DNA from: Candidatus Latescibacterota bacterium
GTDB lineage: Bacteria; Latescibacterota; UBA2968; UBA8231
Length of the DNA: 64,000 nucleotides
Assembly: GCA_965248355.1 (NCBI GenBank)
Contig: OZ252098.1
Location: 352,001-416,000, forward strand
Reading direction: 5' to 3'
The position numbers and the translations under genes were made by a program. Below, in pieces: positions 17,386-26,693 of this stretch; the first letter of the stretch is position 1; the number at the start of each line of letters is the position of its first letter. The notes below the pieces were generated by a model. That model worked only from the letters and a program-made list of their open reading frames with translations, made no database searches and was not told where the DNA came from.

Positions 17386-19017
17386 ATGCCCCTTCGGACC
17401 CCGGACCGACACCTGCCTGTGATCAGAGGAGGACATCGCCCCCAGTTCGGCGGGCCCTCAAGACGGGGCATCCCGAGGTTCCTTGCGGCCCTCCTGTGCC
17501 TCTGTCTGACCCCGTGGCCGGTCCCGGGTGCCGGCGAGACGACGGCCCCCCCGCCGGCCGAGACGGCTCCCAGGCGGCTGTCCGCGACCCACCTCCTGGC
17601 GGAGATGGGTCGCGACTCGGACGCCCCCATCCGGCTCCGTCACGCAGTGGTCAGGGGCTCCCTCGACGGGGCGTCGGCCGGGCTCGACACCGTGCGCCGC
17701 CCCCTCGACCTGGAGGACGTGCGCTTCACGGGGGAGGTCTCCCTGCCGCGCGTCGTTTTCCTGGCTCCGGTGCGGGTCCATGGATCGGCCTTCGAAGGGG
17801 GGCTGTCCCTCCAGGGGGCGAGCTTCCACGGACCCGCCGGCTTCCAGGCCATCCGCGTCGACCGGCAGGCCAACCTCAGAGGGGCGGCCTTCCTCGCCGG
17901 GGCCGACTTCAGCGATGGCGAGTTCTTGGGGGTCGGCTCCTTCATCGAGACCCGTTTTGAGGGCGGGGAAAGCACCTTCCGCCGGACCCGGTTCCGCGGC
18001 GGCGCCTACTTCGAGGGCGCCCGGTTCGGCACCTCCGCGGACTTCCGCAGCTCGGTCTTCGGCGACGTCGCCTCCTTCAAGGAGACGGAGTGGTCGGATG
18101 TCTCCTTCGCCGGGGCCCGCTTCTGGGGCCGCATCCTCTTCTGGGAGTCCGTCTTCGCCGGGACCGCCCGCTTCGACAAGGCCCGCGCCGAGCGACAGGT
18201 CTCCTTCGACCGCGCCCGCTTCGACGGCCCCGCCTCCTTCGAGGAGTTCATCTTCGCTGACCCCGCGGTCTTCACCGGGGTCAGGGCCCGGGAGGAGATC
18301 GGCTTCGCCGGCGCCTACTTCCGCAAGGACGCGGACTTCCGCGGCGGCACCTTCTCCGGGGAGCTGAACCTCGCCGGGAGGATCCAGAAGGGGCTGGACC
18401 TGCGGCGGATCCGAAGCTCGACGGTCACCCTTCTGGCGACGGATCCTGCCCAGGTCACCTTCGGCGACAGCGCCACCCTCTACTTGCAGGAAGCGCGCTG
18501 GGATGAGTTGCGCTTCCGCTGGCCCGAGTTGCGCGGCCGGCTGGCGGCGGCCGACCCGGGGTCGATCGACGACCTCGAGCCGGTCTATGCCGACCTGGGG
18601 GCCCAGTTGCGCCGCCAGGGCCGGTTCCGCGACGCCGAGGCCTGCCACGTCGAGTGGATGGACCTGCGCCGCCGGCAGTTCGGCTGGACAGACCCGGCGC
18701 GCTGGGGCCTGGAGCTGTTCGGCCTGAGCACCCGCTACGGCACCGACCCCGGCCGCTTCGCCGGCGCCGCGGTCTCCGCCGTCCTCCTCTTCGGCCTTCT
18801 GTATCGCCTCGGACGAGGCGGACTGGTGCCGGTCACCGGCGGCGCAGAGGCCTCCCTGCTCGACTGCCTTCTCTTCAGCTTGCAGACCTTCGTGCGCGCC
18901 GGCCAATCCTCCTGGCGCCCCACCGGCGCGCTCCGCTTCCTCGCCAACCTCCAGGCCCTGCTGGGATGGATCGGCCTGGCTCTGCTGGTGGTGACCCTGC
19001 TGTCGCCTCTCCGGTAG
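17386..19017 (+). CDS. Pentapeptide-repeat protein with C-terminal two-TM ion-channel-like domain
   Basis: Many A[DS]Fxxx[RT]F repeats; C-terminal YGT-TM-LLFSLQTF-TM architecture. Start uncertain. Confidence 0.75.
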   Translation: MPLRTPDRHLPVIRGGHRPQFGGPSRRGIPRFLAALLCLCLTPWPVPGAGETTAPPPAETAPRRLSATHLLAEMGRDSDAPIRLRHAVVRGSLDGASAGLDTVRRPLDLEDVRFTGEVSLPRVVFLAPVRVHGSAFEGGLSLQGASFHGPAGFQAIRVDRQANLRGAAFLAGADFSDGEFLGVGSFIETRFEGGESTFRRTRFRGGAYFEGARFGTSADFRSSVFGDVASFKETEWSDVSFAGARFWGRILFWESVFAGTARFDKARAERQVSFDRARFDGPASFEEFIFADPAVFTGVRAREEIGFAGAYFRKDADFRGGTFSGELNLAGRIQKGLDLRRIRSSTVTLLATDPAQVTFGDSATLYLQEARWDELRFRWPELRGRLAAADPGSIDDLEPVYADLGAQLRRQGRFRDAEACHVEWMDLRRRQFGWTDPARWGLELFGLSTRYGTDPGRFAGAAVSAVLLFGLLYRLGRGGLVPVTGGAEASLLDCLLFSLQTFVRAGQSSWRPTGALRFLANLQALLGWIGLALLVVTLLSPLR

Positions 19018-19039
19018 GGGCGCGGACCGTTCCCGCTCC

Positions 19040-20686
19040 ATGTCGCGAACCCCTCTCCCGGCCCTCCTCGTGGTGTTGGGCACCCTTGCCTGCGGCGGTC
19101 CTACGCAGGTCCCCCAAGGGTTCCCCCGGTTCCCGGAGGTCGCCACCGCCTCCGGGCTCGACTTCGTCCATTTCAACGGTTTCTCCGGGGAGTTCTACTA
19201 CCCGGAGACCTACGGCGCCGGCGCCGCCTTCTTCGACGCCGACGGCGACGGCTGGCAGGACATCTACCTGGTCAACGGCACCGACCTGGCCGGCAGGCCG
19301 CCCGAGGAGCCACCGGTGAACCGGCTCTTCCGCAACCGGCGCGACGGCACCTTCTCGGACGTGACCGCGGCCTCGGGCGCCGGCGATCCCGGGTACGGGC
19401 AGGGGGTGGCGGCCGCCGACTACGACGGCGACGGTGATCAGGACCTGTTCGTGGCCAACTTCGGGCCCAACGTTCTGCTCCGGAACGAGGCAGGCGGCCG
19501 TTTCGCCGACGTCACCGGCGAGGCTGGCCTGGGGGACCCGCGCTGGGGGAGCAGCCCCGGCTTCCTCGACTACGACCTGGACGGGGACATCGACCTCTTC
19601 GTCGCCAACTACGTCCACTTCACCCTGGAGATCAACGTCCCCTGCGGCGACGGCGCGGGCCATCGCTCCTACTGCGAGCCCTCGGTCTACGAGCCGATCG
19701 GCGATCTCCTCTACCGCAACGACGGCGACCGCTTCACCGACGTGACCCGCGCCGCCGGCATCACCCTGGAGGGCCGTGGCCTGGGAGTCGCCTTCTCCGA
19801 CTACGACCTGGACGGGGACACCGACATCTACGTGGCCAACGACGGCACCATGAACTTCCTCTACGACAACCGCCGCGGCACCTTCGCCGAGGTCGGACTG
19901 ACCAGCGGCACGCGCTACAACGAGTTCGGCCACCCCGAAGCCGGCATGGGGGTCGACTTCGGGGACTACGACAACGACGGCGACCAGGATCTCTTCATCA
20001 CCAACTTCGCCGGCGAGACGAACACCTTGTATCGGAACGAGGGCCAGGGCCGCTTCGGCATCGTCTCCGATGAGGTCGGACTGGACGGGCCGTCGAAGCT
20101 GCCCCTGGGGTTCGGCATGAAGTTCATCGACTGCGACAACGACGCCGACCTCGACCTGTTCGTCGCCAACGGGCACGTCGTCCACCGGATCCAGGAGGCC
20201 GACCCGGCCCAGAGGTACCGCCAGCCGAACCAGATGTTCCGCAACGACGGCGGCGTCCGCTTCACCGATGTCTCGGCGGAGCTGGGACCCCAGTTCATCG
20301 AGGCCGACGTCGGGCGCGGCACGGCCGTGGGCGACTACGACAACGACGGCGACCTGGACCTCCTCGTGACGACGGTGGCCGCCTCCGCCCGGCTGCTGAG
20401 GAACGACGGCGGCAACCGGCGCCGCTGGCTCTTCGTCGAACTCGTGGGGGCGCGCCATCCCGACGCCCTGGGCGCCCGGGTGACGGTTACGGCGGACGGA
20501 CGCCGTCAGGTCAAGGAACGCCAGTCGGGCAGCAGCTACCTCTCCAGCCACGATCCGCGTCTCCACTTCGGGCTGGACCAGGCGACCCGGGCCGACGTCG
20601 AGATCCGGTGGCCCGACGGCTCGACGCAGCGCGTCCCCGGCGTGGCCGCCGACCAGGTTCTGCGCGTCGTGCAGGAGGATCGATGA
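19040..20686 (+). CDS. CRTAC1-family FG-GAP repeat / ASPIC-UnbV lipoprotein
   Basis: Lipobox TLAC; repeated DYDxDGDxDLFV motifs; C-terminal GSSYLSSHDPRLHFGL...EIRWPDG. Confidence 0.9.
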   Translation: MSRTPLPALLVVLGTLACGGPTQVPQGFPRFPEVATASGLDFVHFNGFSGEFYYPETYGAGAAFFDADGDGWQDIYLVNGTDLAGRPPEEPPVNRLFRNRRDGTFSDVTAASGAGDPGYGQGVAAADYDGDGDQDLFVANFGPNVLLRNEAGGRFADVTGEAGLGDPRWGSSPGFLDYDLDGDIDLFVANYVHFTLEINVPCGDGAGHRSYCEPSVYEPIGDLLYRNDGDRFTDVTRAAGITLEGRGLGVAFSDYDLDGDTDIYVANDGTMNFLYDNRRGTFAEVGLTSGTRYNEFGHPEAGMGVDFGDYDNDGDQDLFITNFAGETNTLYRNEGQGRFGIVSDEVGLDGPSKLPLGFGMKFIDCDNDADLDLFVANGHVVHRIQEADPAQRYRQPNQMFRNDGGVRFTDVSAELGPQFIEADVGRGTAVGDYDNDGDLDLLVTTVAASARLLRNDGGNRRRWLFVELVGARHPDALGARVTVTADGRRQVKERQSGSSYLSSHDPRLHFGLDQATRADVEIRWPDGSTQRVPGVAADQVLRVVQEDR

Positions 20687-20777
20687 CCGGGAGGTCACCC
20701 GGTGGGAGGCGCTCCGCCCGGGGGCCCTCGATCGGCGTGCCATCACCTCACCCCGCATTCAGAGCAGGAGGAGATCC

Positions 20778-21617
20778 TTGCGAGTAACCCACACCTGGCT
20801 TGACGACACCGCCCGCATCCGCGTCGAGGGGATCCGGGAAACGGTTACCATGTACCACTGCACCGACGCCCACGTGGCGGTGCCCGACCAGGAGAAGGCA
20901 CCGGACCCGGCCCGTCACGACCGTATCGTCACCATGGGGCACGCCCGGGAGGTCGTCTTCCGCCAGACCATGGAGCGGGTCGCGGTCAGCGACGTCGATC
21001 TCATCGCCCTCACGGGAGACATAGTCAACTTTCCCACCCGCTCCAGCATCGACTATGTGGCCGAGATCCTCCGGGGTGTCGAGATGCCCGTCTTGTTCAC
21101 CTCCGGCAACCACGACTGGCTCCTGCCACGACTGGAGGACGAGGACGGCCTCCTGCGCGAGGCTTGGTGGGACCGCCTGGAGCCGCTGCACAAGGGGAGT
21201 CCGTCCCACTGCAGCCGGGAGGTGGGAGGGATCGAGTTCGTCTGCGTGGACAACTCCACCTTCCGGGTCAACGAGGAGCAGCTCGCCTTCGTCCGGGCCT
21301 GCCTCGGCAAGCAGCTGCCCACCGTTCTGCTCTATCACATCCCCATCAGCCTGCCGACCCTTCGGGACGACTCCATTCGGTCGGTGGGCGACAACCTGAT
21401 GGCCGATCCCGACTGGCACCCGGAGGTGGACTGGTGGGACCCCCAGGTGACGGACGCCTTCGTCGAGACCCTGGCCCGGGCGGAGAACCTGGTGGCCACC
21501 TTCTGCGGTCACATCCACATCCCCCACGCCGACAGCCTGAGCCGGACCGCGGTGCAGTACGTGGGCCCGCCCGCCTTCGAAGGCTTCGGGCGCATGGCGG
21601 AGTTCAGGCCGTGGTGA
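20778..21617 (+). CDS. Calcineurin-like metallophosphoesterase
   Basis: DxH, GD, GNHD and GHxH motifs; TTG start with AGGAGGAG RBS. Confidence 0.85.
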   Translation: MRVTHTWLDDTARIRVEGIRETVTMYHCTDAHVAVPDQEKAPDPARHDRIVTMGHAREVVFRQTMERVAVSDVDLIALTGDIVNFPTRSSIDYVAEILRGVEMPVLFTSGNHDWLLPRLEDEDGLLREAWWDRLEPLHKGSPSHCSREVGGIEFVCVDNSTFRVNEEQLAFVRACLGKQLPTVLLYHIPISLPTLRDDSIRSVGDNLMADPDWHPEVDWWDPQVTDAFVETLARAENLVATFCGHIHIPHADSLSRTAVQYVGPPAFEGFGRMAEFRPW

Positions 21618-21696
21618 GCGCGCTGCAGGCGAGTGGACCCACATCTGGCCGCCGGCGCGGGATCGGATCCGTCGCGGGGCTCCAAGGGGAGAGAGC

Positions 21697-22608
21697 ATGA
21701 CCGTTCGTTTTGTCTTCGGCACCGACAACCACTACCACCCGCGGGCGGAGAAGGACTTCGGGCCGCCGAAGATGCTCACCCAGGGGAGGGCCGTGCTCGA
21801 GGCGATGGTGGAACAGGTCAATGCCACGGAGCCCGCGTTCATCGTCCACGGGGGCGACCTGCTGTGCGGCGGCTCGTCCTTCGACCTGCCGTGGGAGCTC
21901 TACCTGCAGTCGGTGGAGGACGTGGCGGCGGCCTCCGAACGTTTCACGGCGCCCCTGTACTGCGTGCCGGGGAACCACGACTGCGATGCCGGCACCGGCA
22001 CCTTCGCCCCCCTGGCCGAGCGCATCCATCTCCCCGAACTGCTGGACGTCGTGGACGTGGCCCCGCGCCTGCGCCTGGCCCTGGCCAACATCTATCAGAC
22101 GAACCCCATGGTGGAGGACGCCGGCGAATGGACCGGGGAGCTGGACGCGGCGCTGGCCGCAGCCGCCCGGGATGCGCTGGCCGATGGCTGCGCCCTCATC
22201 CTGGTGCTCCACCCCTGGGTGCTGCCCGGCTTCGCGCCGCCGGAGGATCCCAATCAGCACCTCGTCCAGGGGGCGGACCGGCTGATCGAGACGGTGTCGA
22301 GACAGCCGGCGGTGGTGGCCGTCTTCACCGGGCACCGGCACATGAACCGAATCCGCATGTACCGAGACTTCCTGATCGTCGACACGGCCTGCCTCATCGG
22401 CTTCCCCATGGGATTCCGCGAGATCCACCTGGGCGGGGACGGACTGCTCACCGCCTTGTGGCACGAGTTGGACCTGCCCGAGGTGCTCCAGGCCTCGAGG
22501 GACCGCAGCAGCCCGGAGATCAACGATCGCTGGCAGGGGGAGGCGCACGACCGCGAGACCGAGATCCTGCTGCCCCGCCTGCGGGCGCTGTGGTCCTCGG
22601 GGGGGTGA
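21697..22608 (+). CDS. Calcineurin-like metallophosphoesterase
   Basis: DNH, GGD, PGNHD and GHRH motifs. Confidence 0.85.
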   Translation: MTVRFVFGTDNHYHPRAEKDFGPPKMLTQGRAVLEAMVEQVNATEPAFIVHGGDLLCGGSSFDLPWELYLQSVEDVAAASERFTAPLYCVPGNHDCDAGTGTFAPLAERIHLPELLDVVDVAPRLRLALANIYQTNPMVEDAGEWTGELDAALAAAARDALADGCALILVLHPWVLPGFAPPEDPNQHLVQGADRLIETVSRQPAVVAVFTGHRHMNRIRMYRDFLIVDTACLIGFPMGFREIHLGGDGLLTALWHELDLPEVLQASRDRSSPEINDRWQGEAHDRETEILLPRLRALWSSGG

Positions 22609-22676
22609 GGTCCCCGCCGCCATGCCGGTTCCGGCGGCTCGGAGAAGATCCGGTCCAGGCCCGTCCTCGGGCGAGG

Positions 22677-23465
22677 TCAGGGGCGGTAGATGCAGCTCTG
22701 GTTGTAGGGGATGATGAGCGGGTCGACGCCGTCGCCCAGGTGGCCGGCCCATTGCCGGGGATCGTAGTCGCGGGCCACGAAGCAGCCGTAGTGGGCGGGG
22801 ACGGCGGTGCGCAGGCCGAGGGCGGCGGCGGTCCGGGCACATCCCTCGAAGAAGGGGAACTCGCCTTCCGTCGGGTGGCTGGTCAGGAGGCCGACGTGAG
22901 GCCTCAGATCGCGGATCGGGGCCAGCAGCTCATCGTGGTCGGCGAAGTTGTTGATCGGATCGCCGGAGAGATAGAGGCGCACGGTGCCGGCGTCGATCAC
23001 GTAGCCGAGGTGCTGCACGTCGGGGGGCTCGATGCCGGCGGACGGGTCCCCGCCGGGCGGCTTGGCCCACACCGCGTGGATGGTGAAGGGTCCGAGATCG
23101 GCCGAGACCCCGGCGGTCAGCTCCGTCACCCGGTCGGCCGGCACGCCACCCCGGCGCAACCGTTCGCAGCTCTCCGGGGGGCCGGCGGAGCGGACCTCCG
23201 GGAAGGCGCCGCGGATCCGGTCGATGCTTTCCATGCAGGTGTGATCGCCATGGTCGTGGGTCAGCAGGACCCAGTCGGTCCGCAGGGACTGCTCCAGCAG
23301 CGGCGGACGGGCGTGGATGAACTGGTCCGCCGGCCGAACCCGGGGATAGTACGGGTCGGTCTGGACGATGGTGCCATCGGCGTGGCGCAGGCCGAAGCTG
23401 CTCTGGCCGAACCAGTGTATGCCGATGCCGTCCGCGGGTACCCGGAGATCCTCGAAGGGGTGCAT
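22677..23465 (-). CDS. Metallo-beta-lactamase-fold hydrolase (UlaG-like)
   Basis: WFGQSSF, DPY, THDHGDH, YLSGD and VPAHY motifs; start re-assigned to MHPFEDL with GGAGG RBS. Confidence 0.85.
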   Translation of the reverse strand: MHPFEDLRVPADGIGIHWFGQSSFGLRHADGTIVQTDPYYPRVRPADQFIHARPPLLEQSLRTDWVLLTHDHGDHTCMESIDRIRGAFPEVRSAGPPESCERLRRGGVPADRVTELTAGVSADLGPFTIHAVWAKPPGGDPSAGIEPPDVQHLGYVIDAGTVRLYLSGDPINNFADHDELLAPIRDLRPHVGLLTSHPTEGEFPFFEGCARTAAALGLRTAVPAHYGCFVARDYDPRQWAGHLGDGVDPLIIPYNQSCIYRP

Positions 23466-23594
23466 GGGGGCGGCCTCCCGGTGACCGGATAAAACGGACC
23501 CAAGTTCGTAAAAAACCACAAGATAGCGATTGCCGGAGAGGGCGCAACCGAGTACCCTTGCCGACGGGTGATCGCCCATCCAGGGAGGCGCGTC

Positions 23595-23903
23595 ATGGCT
23601 CGTGTGGGATTCCGGATGCAGCTCAAGCCGGGGAACGAGGCGGAGTACAAACGGCGCCACGACGAGGTCTGGTCCGACTTGGCCCGGCTGCTGCGTGACT
23701 CGGGGATCCGCAACTACACCATCTACCGGGACGGGACCACGCTCTTCGCCTGCCTCGAGATCGACGACCCGGAGGCGCTGGAGGGACTGGCCGGGGAGGA
23801 GCTGATGCGGAAGTGGTGGCGCTACATGGAACCCCTCATGGTGTGCAATCCAGACAGCTCGCCCGTCATCACACCCCTCGAGGAAGCCTTTCACATGGAC
23901 TAG
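23595..23903 (+). CDS. rhaM: L-rhamnose mutarotase
   Basis: FRMQLKPG..EYKRRHDEVW..GIRNYTIY..KWWRYM..LEEAFHMD; GGGAGG RBS. Confidence 0.9.
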   Translation: MARVGFRMQLKPGNEAEYKRRHDEVWSDLARLLRDSGIRNYTIYRDGTTLFACLEIDDPEALEGLAGEELMRKWWRYMEPLMVCNPDSSPVITPLEEAFHMD

Positions 23904-25073
23904 TGTCGCGTCCGACAAATGAGTTGTAAAAACAGAGTCAAGGCCTTATCTTCAGGCCATGGCCCGCCCGGTGTCCCGCCTTGAGTTGACCGCGTCCGAG
24001 CGACAGGAGTTGGAGCGTCGCGTCAGGGCCCCCTCCGCGTCCCAGCGCGACAGCCTGCGCGCGGCCATCGTCCTGCGCCGGGCCGAAGGGATCAAGCAGG
24101 TGCAGGTGGCCGCCGAGTTGGGCGCCAGTGTGGCGTGTGTGAACAAGTGGTCGCAACGCTTTGATCGCGAGGGTTTGGCGGGACTGAACGACGCCAAGGG
24201 CCGGGGCCGGCCGGCGAGCTTGCCGGCGGACAAGGTCGAGCAGGTCCTCACCGCGGTCACGCAGCCGCCGAAGCCGCGCACGCGCTGGAGCGTGCGCTCG
24301 ATGGCCCAGGCGGCGGGGATGTCGCCGGACAGCGTGCACCGGATCTGGAAGGCCAACGACATCAAGCCCCATTTGACCAAGACCTTCAAGGTCTCCACGG
24401 ACCCGCACTTCGAGGAAAAATTCTGGGACGTGATCGGGCTCTACCTGGATCCCCCCGAGCGCGCGCTGGTGCTGTGCTGTGACGAGAAGAGCCAGTGCCA
24501 GGCGCTGGAACGGACCCAGCCGGGCTTGCCGCTGGGGATCGGCGACATCCGCACCCGGACCCACGATTACAAGCGCCACGGTACGATCACCTTGTTCGCC
24601 GCGCTCAACTACCTCGACGGCAAGCTCATCGCGCGTCTGGAGGCGCGTCATACCCACGTCGAATGGCTCCGCTTTCTCAAGCAGATCGACCGCGAGACGC
24701 CCAAGAACCTGTCGCTGCACCTGATCGTGGACAACGCCGGCCCCCACAAGGAGGAGAGCGTGCAGCATTGGTTGTCTCGGCATCGGCGCTTCCATGTCCA
24801 TTTCACCCCCACCAGTTCCTCCTGGATGAACTTGGTCGAACGGTTCTTCGGCGAGCTGACGCAGGATGTGATTCGGGACGGCAGCTTTGCCAGCGTCGGG
24901 GAGTTGGTGCGCGACATCGAAGCCTACTTGGCGCAGCGGAACTTGGCCCCCAAACCCTACCGCTGGAAGGCCGACGGCGAGACCATCCTGCGCAAGATCC
25001 AGCGCGCTCGGGAGACGGTGGCGGCGACATCGGACAGCCCTTGTTGATTCTTCTTAATTCTCGGACGGGACAC
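23903..25073 (+). mobile_element. IS630-family insertion sequence
   Basis: Imperfect terminal inverted repeats (TA)GTGTCGCGTCCGACAAATGAG / (TA)GTGTCCCGTCCGAGAATTAAG; TA duplication at 23901-23902 and 25074-25075 in a CTAG target. Confidence 0.9.
23959..25047 (+). CDS. IS630-family DDE transposase
   Basis: N-terminal HTH; CCDEKSQCQAL, THDYKRHGT, LIVDN and TPTSSSWMNLVERFF motifs. Confidence 0.95.
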   Translation: MARPVSRLELTASERQELERRVRAPSASQRDSLRAAIVLRRAEGIKQVQVAAELGASVACVNKWSQRFDREGLAGLNDAKGRGRPASLPADKVEQVLTAVTQPPKPRTRWSVRSMAQAAGMSPDSVHRIWKANDIKPHLTKTFKVSTDPHFEEKFWDVIGLYLDPPERALVLCCDEKSQCQALERTQPGLPLGIGDIRTRTHDYKRHGTITLFAALNYLDGKLIARLEARHTHVEWLRFLKQIDRETPKNLSLHLIVDNAGPHKEESVQHWLSRHRRFHVHFTPTSSSWMNLVERFFGELTQDVIRDGSFASVGELVRDIEAYLAQRNLAPKPYRWKADGETILRKIQRARETVAATSDSPC

Positions 25074-25101
25074 TAGGGGCCCGGGGTGGGCCCTTGCCCC
25101 C

Positions 25102-26385
25102 ATGAGCACAGCCACCCTCTTCGACGGACACTACCAGAAGCGCAAGGGCGCTCTCCTGGGGCGGATCCTCGAGCGACTGCGCTCGAGCTATTCCGCCGGG
25201 GAACTGGCGGCCCTGCGCATCGACCGCGTCAATCCGGCGATCCTGTCCCAGCGGTCGGGCCGCGGGTTCGTCAACCGGGATATTCTCGAGACGGTTCTCG
25301 GCAATCTGCTGGAGTGCGTGGCCCCCGGCTCGCACAACGCCCTGGAGCCCCGGCATCCGGTGGGCGACTTCACGGCTTCCATCGGCGAGGTGGCCGATCA
25401 GCTCTACGCCATGGTGGCGCAATCGCACTTGGCCGTCGGCGCCGACGAGGACCTCGAGGACCGGGCCCTGGCGGCCGCCTGCTCGGTCCTCTGGGAGCTG
25501 GTGGACCTGAAGCAGCGGGCCCAGTGGAACCGATTCGCTTCCTTGAAGGACCCGGCCGTCTGGGACGCCTACCTGCGCCGGGCCTGTGGCCTCGGGGAGG
25601 CGGACCTGGCGGAGCTGGACTTCGGCGCCCACATCGACCGTGCCATCACCGAGCGCGACCAGGCCTGCTACCGCGAGTTCCTCAACGGCCTGGAGTGCGA
25701 CCACGTCTTCGAGTACCAGATGCAGCTGGTCATGAGCACGTACCCGGGGTGGCGGGTCCTGTTCTATCACGATGTGGCCCATGCCCTGACGCGCAGCGGA
25801 CCCCTCGAGGGGGAGCCGCGCCTGGTGCGCGAGCCCGTGCCGCTGCTGCCACGGGCCATCGCCGAGCTGGGGGGCCGCTACTACCAGGCCGACATCCATC
25901 CCGAGACGCGCATCGGGGACGCCAATTTCCTCGACCATCCGCACCGCGGCCTGACCACCGGCCAGACCGGCGTCATCGGTTCCGGATGCCACTTCTATCC
26001 CTGCACCCTGGGCGGCCTGACCCGGCGCCTGCGCCGGCGCCATCCCGAGATCGGAGACTGCGTCTTCATCGGCACCGACGCCGACTTGTTCGGACCGGTG
26101 CGCATCGGAGACCACTCCGTCATCGGGCCGAGCGTGGAGATCTACGGTCTCGTCGAGACCGGCCCGAGGTGCCGGGTCAACGCCTCCGTCGTCATCGGCA
26201 CGGTGCGGGCGGGTGAGGACATGCCGGGGCGCATCCTGCTGGGCTCCGACGTGACCATCGGCGACGGAACGATCCTGGAGAACCGCCTCGAGACCGACCT
26301 GGTCATCCCCGACCACGCCGACATCCCCGCGCGCAGCCTGGTCGTAAACGACGGATTCGGCCATCCGAAGTTCGTCTCCCGGTAG
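25102..26385 (+). CDS. Serine O-acetyltransferase-like left-handed beta-helix protein with long unrecognised N-terminus
   Basis: ADIHPETRIG..FLDH..TLGG..RRHPEIGDCVFIG resembles the CysE beta-helix; additional hexapeptide coils follow. Confidence 0.65.
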   Translation: MSTATLFDGHYQKRKGALLGRILERLRSSYSAGELAALRIDRVNPAILSQRSGRGFVNRDILETVLGNLLECVAPGSHNALEPRHPVGDFTASIGEVADQLYAMVAQSHLAVGADEDLEDRALAAACSVLWELVDLKQRAQWNRFASLKDPAVWDAYLRRACGLGEADLAELDFGAHIDRAITERDQACYREFLNGLECDHVFEYQMQLVMSTYPGWRVLFYHDVAHALTRSGPLEGEPRLVREPVPLLPRAIAELGGRYYQADIHPETRIGDANFLDHPHRGLTTGQTGVIGSGCHFYPCTLGGLTRRLRRRHPEIGDCVFIGTDADLFGPVRIGDHSVIGPSVEIYGLVETGPRCRVNASVVIGTVRAGEDMPGRILLGSDVTIGDGTILENRLETDLVIPDHADIPARSLVVNDGFGHPKFVSR

Positions 26386-26403
26386 GAACCGTCCGGGGTA
26401 CGC

Positions 26404-26440
26404 GAAAAGGGCCCGGCGCTGGGGGCGCCCGGCCCTTTTC
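26404..26440. terminator. Bidirectional intrinsic terminator
   Basis: GAAAAGGGCC...GGCCCTTTTC hairpin with A and T tracts, between convergent units. Confidence 0.75.
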
Positions 26441-26626
26441 GTTCCGGTCGGGGAGACCGCGGTGAGCTCTTGAAACCCGAACATCAGCCCCTTCCCGGGA
26501 AAGCCGGGGACGCCGGCCCGGAACAGGGAAGGTCGAGTGGTCGACGGTCTTCAGCGGCGGACCCGTGGTCCGTCGGTCGTCACATGGGGGGTGTTGCGAT
26601 GGAGAGGGATCTGCACTACCGGGGGG
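26441..26626 (-). ncRNA. Candidate structured small RNA, 6S-like architecture
   Basis: Lies between a promoter and a terminator with no credible ORF. Nested stems GGACCACGG/CCGCGGTCT, TGAAGACCG/CGGGTTTCA, central bubble, CCTTCCC/GGGAAGG, GCCGG/CCGGC. Confidence 0.4.
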
Positions 26627-26631
26627 CACCT

Positions 26632-26660
26632 AACATACCGAGGATCCACTGGAGGCGCAA
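26632..26660 (-). promoter_or_regulatory. Putative sigma70 promoter for the candidate sRNA
   Basis: TTGCGC-N17-TATGTT. Confidence 0.45.
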
Positions 26661-26693
26661 TCCGGGCCAGCCTCCATGGTTCCCCTCAACGGA

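Noticed and set aside
26441-26626. SRP RNA, SAM-I, cobalamin or c-di-AMP riboswitch
   Set aside because: Only fragmentary resemblance; the SRP GGAA-GCAGC domain and riboswitch core motifs are not present in order, and no gene lies downstream in the right orientation.
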